Of a stretch of 32,357 nt of DNA, positions 26,013-32,357 are shown piece by piece (positions within the stretch are counted from its first letter, which is position 1; every line of letters begins with the position of its first letter). The DNA is from a virus (taxonomy: Duplodnaviria; Caudoviricetes). Where the stretch lies: positions 1 to 32,357 of the IMG/VR virus record IMGVR_UViG_3300035675_000021; one strand, 5' to 3'. The notes under the pieces were generated by a model, which had not been told where the DNA came from, did no database searches, and was given only the letters and a program-made list of their open reading frames with translations. Both the position numbers and the translations under genes were made by a program.

Positions 26013-26150
26013 TGTAGGACCCTTGTAGGACCGGTCCTACACACTTTCTCTCAAATTGGCGGAAATACCCCCATAAACCACCTGCTAACAGACTCGCGTT
26101 AAGGAGTAGAGGGAGGAGGGGTGTAGGACCCGGTCCTACACGGTCCTACA
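26013..26150. repeat. Six TGTAGGACC/GGTCCTACA iterons, putative replication origin
   Basis: Forward copies at 26013, 26024 and 26122; reverse copies at 26033, 26132 and 26142. The spacer between clusters is less GC-rich. Confidence 0.75.
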
Positions 26151-28466
26151 GAGTTGGCCACCCCTGCGCTCGATCTTGCCGGTGGCCAGTGCGACCTCCA
26201 AAGCGTGGTCCCAGCGATCACGAGTCCTGCTGTTTGCCATCGAATTGCGCAGCTCCCGGTACGGCACACCGTCGTCCTCTGCTGCCTCCACTCGGGCGAT
26301 GATCCTGCGTGATACGTCGTCCACGAGCCGCTTCTCCTTCACCGTCTCCGCCACGTAGTCGGAGACGCCACGAGCCTCTGCCTGCCTGTGACGTGCGTCA
26401 CCTTCAGTCTGGCGATGGGCGATGATGAGCTGCTGACGGACGTTGCGATGTGTCGATAGAACAGAGCCAGCGAGAGCCCAATCGTCGACGGTGACCGTCG
26501 TCGAGCCGCCGAACATGGCCATTAGGCCTGCCAGCTTCAGCCGGAGGAGCGTCTGATGGCCGTCCAGGTCATCCAACACCAGGCGACCCTCCATCACCGC
26601 CTCACGCTCGTCCTGGACCTCGCTCACGATCTCTGGGGCGTACTCCAGCGTCGACCCCGTGGAGTACACCCGGTACTTGATGGGCCCGGGCCAGGCCGGG
26701 ATCGAGGCGGGAAGGGGTGAATGGGCCCACGAGAACAGGATGCGTTGGGGGAACCCCACCGCCTTCAGGTGATCGGCGAGCAGCTCGTGGCCTCGCAGGG
26801 TCTGGATGTTGAGGCAGGCGGTGACTCGGCGCTTCTTGCCCGGCACGATCCGCTTCGTCTCCTCTGAGGCGTTGAGCTGACCGAGTGTCGCCCCGGACCA
26901 TGCTGAACACAGGGTCTGGACGATCGTGGTGCCCTTGCGGGCGTTCTGCTCCATCAGGGCCGTGGCTTCGTCGGCTACGAAGTGGACAGCCTTGTGGACG
27001 CCGAACTTGTACGAGGGATCGCCCGTGGGCTTGCCTTTCTCGTCCTTCTCCCGGCCCATGAACGCCTGGATCAGCCCTTCGCCACTGCCGATCGGGGCGG
27101 ACATCAGGAATCGCTCGTCGGTGGTGTGGATCAGCTCCTCGGCTACGCCGTTGGCGATGGTCTTGCCGCCCGCCGACTTCGCCACGACGCACGAGATGAA
27201 GTCGAACGTCGATGTGGACCCGATGATGGCTGGAATCTGCACGTCTGGCGGCACGAGGCAGGCATACCTGGCCATCGTGGCGGCGAACAGGGCGTCAGGA
27301 GAGACCCGGCGCGAGTACGCAGCGTCGCGGATGTGCCCGAGCCAGTCCCGGGACGCCCAGAACTCGTCTGGTAGATTGAGCGAGACGTCTGCTGCATGGG
27401 CGTCAACCCCAGAGTGCGTCCCCGCCTCCTCGTCCTGCATTCGGGGAGCGGGGGCAACTCTCTGCGGCATCATGGTGCGGCGGATGAACGACATCGCCCC
27501 CTTGACGTCCCCGCCGTGCTCGACGACGCAGTACAGGTCGAACGGCGTCAGCAACACGGTGCCGCCCTTGCCTGACCTGCCGATCGAATGCCACACCGGG
27601 TCGAGCGTCGTCGTGAAGACGGTGACGACGCCGCTCGGGTGCAGGATGGCGCTGTGCCCGCCGCGCGGGTCCTTGCCGGGGCGGCACCAGTACATGTCCT
27701 GGCCGCGGTTCTCCATGTACTGCCAGCCCGCCTTGTGCAGGAACGTCGCCGGATCGAGCAGGGCGTTGGCGTACTCGGTGGGATCGTCGTCGGTGCCCCG
27801 TGAAACGTCACTAGCGTAGAGAGCCTTGACGGGCAGACTACGCTCCGAGGTACCGGAAGGCACCTCGGAGCGTGGCTCCGTACGGCCCATCTCCTCGATC
27901 CGCTCCAACACCCACTCGGGAGCCATCAAGGGCTCGACGTCGACCGGGTTGGCGAACCAGCGGTAGGGCTTGCCGTTCGGGTGGATCGTCGGGCCGACCA
28001 CGATCTGGCCACCCTCGCCCCGAATGTCGATCTTCTCGGCGAACTGCTGGGCGGAGTTGCGGACCTCGAAGGGTGCCTGGAACACGTAGTGCGCCCCGTC
28101 CGAGCCCGTCACCTGCTGGACGGTGCGCTTGAACGTGTCGACCGACTCGGGGTGCTCGCTGACGAGAGCGATGAACGTCGTGCCGCCGACCTCCCCGTCG
28201 ATGTCGAGCGCGAACAGGTGCATCCCGTTGGGCTGGTTGCCCATCGCCCAGCCGACGCCGTTGTTGCCCTTCATCCATCCGGCCACGGTGGCCAGGTCGT
28301 CGGTGGCTTCCTCCTGCCATGCTCGCAGCTTCGGGTACTTCGCCCCTGGCGCGATCGGCACGATCTTGTAGCCCTTCGACGCCATGTCGATGGCCTGATC
28401 CAGACAGTACCCAGGCTCTCTGATATGCTCGGACACGTTCTGATCTCCTTCGGGTGGTTGGTTCAT
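26136..28466 (-). CDS. Bifunctional DNA primase/polymerase (Prim-Pol) fused to a helicase-like domain
   Basis: K.P.L..WQ..AT, LDID, TGSDGAHYVF, IDIRGEGGQIVVGPTIHPNG.PY.W; C-terminal SAGGKT, SGEGL, ADEA. Alternative start GTG 28436. Confidence 0.88.
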   Translation of the reverse strand: MNQPPEGDQNVSEHIREPGYCLDQAIDMASKGYKIVPIAPGAKYPKLRAWQEEATDDLATVAGWMKGNNGVGWAMGNQPNGMHLFALDIDGEVGGTTFIALVSEHPESVDTFKRTVQQVTGSDGAHYVFQAPFEVRNSAQQFAEKIDIRGEGGQIVVGPTIHPNGKPYRWFANPVDVEPLMAPEWVLERIEEMGRTEPRSEVPSGTSERSLPVKALYASDVSRGTDDDPTEYANALLDPATFLHKAGWQYMENRGQDMYWCRPGKDPRGGHSAILHPSGVVTVFTTTLDPVWHSIGRSGKGGTVLLTPFDLYCVVEHGGDVKGAMSFIRRTMMPQRVAPAPRMQDEEAGTHSGVDAHAADVSLNLPDEFWASRDWLGHIRDAAYSRRVSPDALFAATMARYACLVPPDVQIPAIIGSTSTFDFISCVVAKSAGGKTIANGVAEELIHTTDERFLMSAPIGSGEGLIQAFMGREKDEKGKPTGDPSYKFGVHKAVHFVADEATALMEQNARKGTTIVQTLCSAWSGATLGQLNASEETKRIVPGKKRRVTACLNIQTLRGHELLADHLKAVGFPQRILFSWAHSPLPASIPAWPGPIKYRVYSTGSTLEYAPEIVSEVQDEREAVMEGRLVLDDLDGHQTLLRLKLAGLMAMFGGSTTVTVDDWALAGSVLSTHRNVRQQLIIAHRQTEGDARHRQAEARGVSDYVAETVKEKRLVDDVSRRIIARVEAAEDDGVPYRELRNSMANSRTRDRWDHALEVALATGKIERRGGQLCRTV

Positions 28467-28507
28467 GACGGATTCTTTCGGTGAGCGCTGGATGGGTCGG
28501 TCTGCAT
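28463..28507 (-). CDS. Putative 14-aa leader peptide MQTDPSSAHRKNPS
   Basis: CCAAGGAG SD 6 nt upstream. Its stop overlaps the primase ATG (ATGA). Confidence 0.45.
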   Translation of the reverse strand: MQTDPSSAHRKNPS

Positions 28508-28523
28508 GGGTTACTCCTTGGTA

Positions 28524-28553
28524 CGAAGCCCCGGCTGCACAGCCGGGGCTTCG
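28524..28553. terminator. GC-rich stem-loop upstream of the primase
   Basis: cgaagccccggct-gcac-agccggggcttcg (13-bp stem). Confidence 0.6.
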
Positions 28554-28562
28554 CACTGTAGG

Positions 28563-28829
28563 TCACTGCTTGCGCAGCTTGTTGCACTCGTCGCAACGGA
28601 CCATCTGCTTCGGCTTCGGCAGGACGATGCGCCCCACCCGACCGCACAGCGCCACCGTCGTCGAGTACTTGTCCGTGTTCCGTGGGATGTGGAACCCCTG
28701 CACCCCGAGCCGATCGGCCAGCAGCACCCAGGGGTGCACCAGCTCCTCGACAGGGGCCGCGGAAACCGTCTGCTTCCGCGGGGGCTTCTCCTCGCCGTAC
28801 GACGAAGCGTCGAACAGCGAGGCGGTCAT
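28563..28829 (-). CDS. Hypothetical protein with a putative Zn site
   Basis: FH...ALCG...CDEC motif, ATGA coupling. Confidence 0.65.
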   Translation of the reverse strand: MTASLFDASSYGEEKPPRKQTVSAAPVEELVHPWVLLADRLGVQGFHIPRNTDKYSTTVALCGRVGRIVLPKPKQMVRCDECNKLRKQ

Positions 28830-29029
28830 TCCGCAGCCGTCATCTTGACGGCCGTCACCTCACGCAGGTTGATGAGCCACGACTCGTTGCCCTTGGTCAG
28901 GCGGAGGAAGTCCCCGTCCCGAGCCGAGCCGGTGATGCCGCGGTAGAACCCGTTCGGGCTGTCCGTGTTCTTCCAGCAGACCTCGAAGTCGATGACCTCG
29001 GGTGCCTGGATCTCGTGTTCGTCGCTCAT
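28826..29029 (-). CDS. Small hypothetical protein
   Basis: MSDEHEIQ..., TGATG coupling with the lipoprotein gene. Confidence 0.6.
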   Translation of the reverse strand: MSDEHEIQAPEVIDFEVCWKNTDSPNGFYRGITGSARDGDFLRLTKGNESWLINLREVTAVKMTAAE

Positions 29030-29580
29030 CACTCTTCTCCCGTCGAGAACTCGGCTGTCGGGGCACCGGTCAGCACCACCGTCTTCGTTGTAGCGTCCCA
29101 CTCGGCGGGTCCCGCAACCGTGGAGACGAATCCCTCCCAGTACGAGGCGTATCCCCGTCCATCGGCGTCGATGCAGATGACCGTCGTCGCCGTGGTGTCA
29201 CCGGTGTAGACGCCGTTGGCCTCCAGCTGCGGGATGGCGACACGGGATTCCCGGCCGATCACCTGCTGCGGGTTGGTCAACTGGAACGTGCCGGGGATCG
29301 GGAACCCGATCGACGGACACGAATGGATCGGGTCCACGACGCCCTGGTTGAAGAAGAACGAGGTGGTGACCGTGGCGTTCGCCTGGGCCGTCTCGATCTC
29401 GATGAGGTTCTGGCGCAGTTGCGAGTACTCGAAGATCGGGATGGGCTGGGCTTCGAGGAACTGGGTTAGCTGCTGTTCGGCCGTGTCCTCCTCGGAGACT
29501 CTCCCCCCTTGATCGTCGGAGCCGCAGGCCCCGAGTACGAGCGCCGACGCTGCGGCGATCGCGATGATGGACTTCCTCAT
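29029..29580 (-). CDS. Lipoprotein
   Basis: Signal peptide MRKSIIAIAAASALV followed by lipobox LGAC. Confidence 0.8.
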   Translation of the reverse strand: MRKSIIAIAAASALVLGACGSDDQGGRVSEEDTAEQQLTQFLEAQPIPIFEYSQLRQNLIEIETAQANATVTTSFFFNQGVVDPIHSCPSIGFPIPGTFQLTNPQQVIGRESRVAIPQLEANGVYTGDTTATTVICIDADGRGYASYWEGFVSTVAGPAEWDATTKTVVLTGAPTAEFSTGEE

Positions 29581-29900
29581 GAGCAGTTCTCCTTGATGAA
29601 TGCACGGGCGTTGTAGGGGAGTTCGATCGACCCGGTCAGCTTGGCTGCCGAGTCGCAGATGCCGTCGATGACGGCGATGCGCTGGTTGGCGGGGATGTTC
29701 CCCTCGGCCTCGGCGATGTCGTCGAGGATCTGCGCCACGAGGGCGTCCTGACGGCCGTACGAGTCCTGGCGGATCTCAGCGTTGCGATTGGTCGCGTAGT
29801 CCTTGATCCACCAGCCGAGGAAGAACAGCCCCACGGAGACGGCGACCACCAGCACGATGCTGGCGATCACCGCCCCCGCAGATGCGAGGATGCGCTTCAC
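29577..29900 (-). CDS. Membrane-anchored protein
   Basis: GTG 29900 overlaps the upstream stop. N-terminal TM, two C-terminal Cys. Confidence 0.7.
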   Translation of the reverse strand: MKRILASAGAVIASIVLVVAVSVGLFFLGWWIKDYATNRNAEIRQDSYGRQDALVAQILDDIAEAEGNIPANQRIAVIDGICDSAAKLTGSIELPYNARAFIKENCS

Positions 29901-30442
29901 AGCGGATCGTCTCCGCCCTCGAACCACACGTCGCCCTTGAGCGCCAACTCGGCGATCTCGGCGATGAGTTGTTCGGTCGTGTAGGCGACCTCACGGTTGG
30001 TGATGTACCACCGCTTGCCCGAGTAGATGGCGGCGTAGTTGTAGTCCTTGTCGTTGTCGGCGAACTGCACCATCCACACCACGACGTAGCCAGGCTCGGT
30101 GTCGAGGGCGTCGAAGTACACGCCCAGTTCGTTGACGACCGCGTCGGCCCGCAACTTCTTCCGGTCGTTCATGACCTTGTCGATGATCTCTCTGTCTGAC
30201 ATTTCCTTCTCCTTTGCCTTCTTGGCGAGTTGGACCAGGAGTGGGTTCTCCTGGAACATGTTCTTCTTGATTGCTTCGTCGTAGGCCTCGCTGATGATCT
30301 TGTTCAGCGGGGTCTGCCGCTTCGGTGTCGCCGTGTAGGGCGGCACCCACGAGGAGCCGTGGTTGTGGGAGTCCCCCTGGCACACCGGTTGGGCGTACCA
30401 GGGGTTCCCCTGCTGATCGACTCCGTGGCTCTGGGCCTCCAT
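29897..30442 (-). CDS. Hypothetical protein (alternative start 30202)
   Basis: TGATG coupling with the SSB gene. A strong internal AAGGAG SD precedes ATG 30202. Confidence 0.6.
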   Translation of the reverse strand: MEAQSHGVDQQGNPWYAQPVCQGDSHNHGSSWVPPYTATPKRQTPLNKIISEAYDEAIKKNMFQENPLLVQLAKKAKEKEMSDREIIDKVMNDRKKLRADAVVNELGVYFDALDTEPGYVVVWMVQFADNDKDYNYAAIYSGKRWYITNREVAYTTEQLIAEIAELALKGDVWFEGGDDPL

Positions 30443-30912
30443 CAGTCGTCGAAGTCGTCGACCGAGACCGACGACTTCGGGGCTGACAGCTCCATCGTGT
30501 AGAGCTTGGCGGGCTGGAAGCCACGGGTCGTGGGCTTGGCATCGCCGGTGTACGTCACCGTCAACTTCGCGCCCTCGTCGATCGTGGACAGGCCTGCCGC
30601 CTTCGCGGCCTCGGCGAGCGCGACCTCACCGGACTTGCCCTTGCCGACCTTGACCTCGAAGTTCTTGCCGCCCTTCAGCCAGATCGAACGACGGCCATCG
30701 TCGTCGTCACTGTTGCGCAGGTCGGTCTGCAAGTCGATGACGGTCTGCATCCGGGGCGAGCCATCGGCCCACTCCAGCGGCGCACCGGTGGTGAAGTCCG
30801 TCTGCTGGACACGCTTGATCGACTCGATCGAGCCGGTGATCGAGTCACCGATGTCCTCGGGCTTCCAGCTCTTCGAGCCGCCTTCCAGGTCTGAAACGCT
30901 GAATCCACTCAT
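30442..30912 (-). CDS. Single-stranded DNA-binding protein (actinophage type)
   Basis: GDSITG.I...QQTDF..G.P..W.DG.PRMQ motif, acidic DDFDD tail, adjacent to an exonuclease. Confidence 0.7.
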   Translation of the reverse strand: MSGFSVSDLEGGSKSWKPEDIGDSITGSIESIKRVQQTDFTTGAPLEWADGSPRMQTVIDLQTDLRNSDDDDGRRSIWLKGGKNFEVKVGKGKSGEVALAEAAKAAGLSTIDEGAKLTVTYTGDAKPTTRGFQPAKLYTMELSAPKSSVSVDDFDD

Positions 30913-32078
30913 TTCGGGTTCTCCTTCTTGGTATGTGGTTTGCTGGTTCTCGGGTCTCCGATAGGCCAGGTCAGTCCGTGCTCGGCCTCGACGTTGTCGA
31001 GGAGGGTGAGCACGAGTTGGATGTGAGCGGGATCGCTCAATCCGTTCTTCGGCGTTGGAACCCCTTCGGGCCAACGGCGGATCATCAGGGCTGCGGCGTC
31101 AGGGTTGCGCTTGATGGCTGCGATGCGCAGCCGGATGAACACAACGAGTTCATCCGTATCGACGATGTCGACGCCTTCGAGCGCGTCGGCGGCTTCCTCG
31201 ACGCTCAACCCGATGGGCGGGGTGAACTCGTAAGCGCCATACGGCTCGACGTTCTTCCACAGGCGTCGCCACTGCTTGACGTCGGCTACGAGGCCTGCGC
31301 CCCACTCGCCCACGCCCATGTCGCACCATATGAGCGAACATACTTCCTGCCCTGCCGGAAGATGGACGAGGATGCCCCAGTCCCGGTTGATCGGTGGCGT
31401 CGGCAGGAACTCATCCTTGTCGACGTCGTACAGCTCGCCCTCGGCGTACAGCGCCATCTGCACCGTGTAGCCCGGCAGCGAGAAGTCGAGCGACTTGCCC
31501 GTCTTCAGGTCGCCGACGAACAGCGTGCCCGGTGGGTGGATCTCGCCGTCCGGGGTGACGATCTCCCGGGTGGTGCGGTAGAGGCGATCGGCCGTACCTG
31601 CGCAGCCCCGCTTGAGGTTGACGACGTGGTACTCGAACAGCTCCGAGACCAGGCCGAACTCCTCCAGCGTCTTGGAGTACACCCGCAGCGACTTGGCGTA
31701 CTCCTCGGGCGGATCGAAGTCGTCCTCTGGGTCCTCCCACCGCTCGCTCATGGCGTGCAGGGCGGTGCCGATGTCGGCTGCCTGCGCTCCACGACCGGCG
31801 TTGATCGCCAACTCTCGCAGCCCCTTCAGCGCTTCACGATCCCCGTCCTTGACCGCCACGTAGCGGGCCTGGAGTGCCGGGTCGGTCGCCACGCCGATCG
31901 CAGCGCGGTCGATCTTCCAGTTCACGAGGGCGTTCTCGTCGTCGAGGATCTTGCCCCAGCCCGATGGTCGCGACAGGCGTTGGTTCTTGCCCTCCTTGTC
32001 GACGATCATCGGTGCGCCGTTGGCTCGACGGAAGTCCCGCTTCTGCGGGGTGTCGAACTCGTCGATGTTAATTGGCAC
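30909..32078 (-). CDS. Cas4/RecE-like PD-(D/E)XK exonuclease
   Basis: GTALH, AGTADR, GDLKTG and QMALYA motifs. Confidence 0.85.
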   Translation of the reverse strand: MPINIDEFDTPQKRDFRRANGAPMIVDKEGKNQRLSRPSGWGKILDDENALVNWKIDRAAIGVATDPALQARYVAVKDGDREALKGLRELAINAGRGAQAADIGTALHAMSERWEDPEDDFDPPEEYAKSLRVYSKTLEEFGLVSELFEYHVVNLKRGCAGTADRLYRTTREIVTPDGEIHPPGTLFVGDLKTGKSLDFSLPGYTVQMALYAEGELYDVDKDEFLPTPPINRDWGILVHLPAGQEVCSLIWCDMGVGEWGAGLVADVKQWRRLWKNVEPYGAYEFTPPIGLSVEEAADALEGVDIVDTDELVVFIRLRIAAIKRNPDAAALMIRRWPEGVPTPKNGLSDPAHIQLVLTLLDNVEAEHGLTWPIGDPRTSKPHTKKENPK

Positions 32079-32355
32079 GGTGCTTCTTGCTCCTTGGGTG
32101 GTAGTGGCCGACAGCGCTCCGTTTGGCGTTCTCGGCTTGGGTTACTGGTTGCAGGTGATCCGGGTTCACGCAGAGCGTGTTCTTGCACAGGTGATCCATC
32201 ACGAGTCCGTCTTCGATCGGGCCGACCAGCGTCTCCCAGACCGCGCGGTGCGCAGGCTTCGTCTTGCCGTTGATCCTGACCTGCCCGTACTCGTTCTTGC
32301 GTCCTGTCCTTGATCTGGCGGTCCACAGCCAGCAGTCGCCGGTTGCGTCGATGTG
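32068..32355 (-). CDS. HNH endonuclease, 5'-truncated (not in the ORF track)
   Basis: Manual translation: HIDATGDCWLWTA...YGQV...AHRAVWETLVGPI..GLVMDHLCKNTLCVNPDHLQPVTQAEN...AN*. Confidence 0.88.
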   Translation of the reverse strand, partial: HIDATGDCWLWTARSRTGRKNEYGQVRINGKTKPAHRAVWETLVGPIEDGLVMDHLCKNTLCVNPDHLQPVTQAENAKRSAVGHYHPRSKKHRAN

Positions 32356-32357
32356 GC

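Noticed and set aside
25984-26028. Tiny + strand ORF MDYEQVFEECVGPL
   Set aside because: No SD, and the sequence is explained by the SOS box and iterons.
30909-32078. Cas4-like gene as evidence of a CRISPR-Cas system
   Set aside because: Stand-alone Cas4/RecE-like nucleases beside SSB are routine phage recombination genes, and no array or other cas genes are present.
32006-32326. 106-aa ORF from the track
   Set aside because: Wrong frame. The overlapping frame ending at 32068 encodes a clear HNH nuclease.

Overview
This is a high-GC (roughly 65%, estimated by eye) tailed-phage genome segment. The host is most likely an Actinomycetota member, inferred from the GC content, a Gram-positive-type SOS box, apparent leaderless starts, and actinophage-type SSB, Cas4-like and zinc-finger genes. 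The + strand (1-18168) is a podovirus-like virion and lysis module: P22-like portal, scaffold, major capsid, adaptor, nozzle, tail-collar fibre, four putative ejection proteins (up to 1801 aa), amidase endolysin and a holin-like protein. No tape measure or tail tube gene is present. After a bidirectional terminator, all genes are on the - strand. These form an early/accessory block (18179-25696: small zinc-binding and membrane proteins, an AAA+ ATPase, an HNH), a non-coding control region (25697-26150), and a replication/recombination block (prim-pol/helicase, lipoprotein pair, SSB, Cas4-like nuclease, partial HNH). The most notable signals are cis-acting. They are six copies of a palindrome CCCATTCA-N5-TGAATGGG, a first early gene packed with 15 GYCAGCG motifs and palindromes, a G-quadruplex-like tract, a LexA box, six TGTAGGACC iterons behind the primase, a G-U-rich 21-bp RNA hairpin, an internal start in the endolysin, and a 14-aa leader ORF coupled to the primase. 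All calls come from reading motifs by eye; no database search was run.
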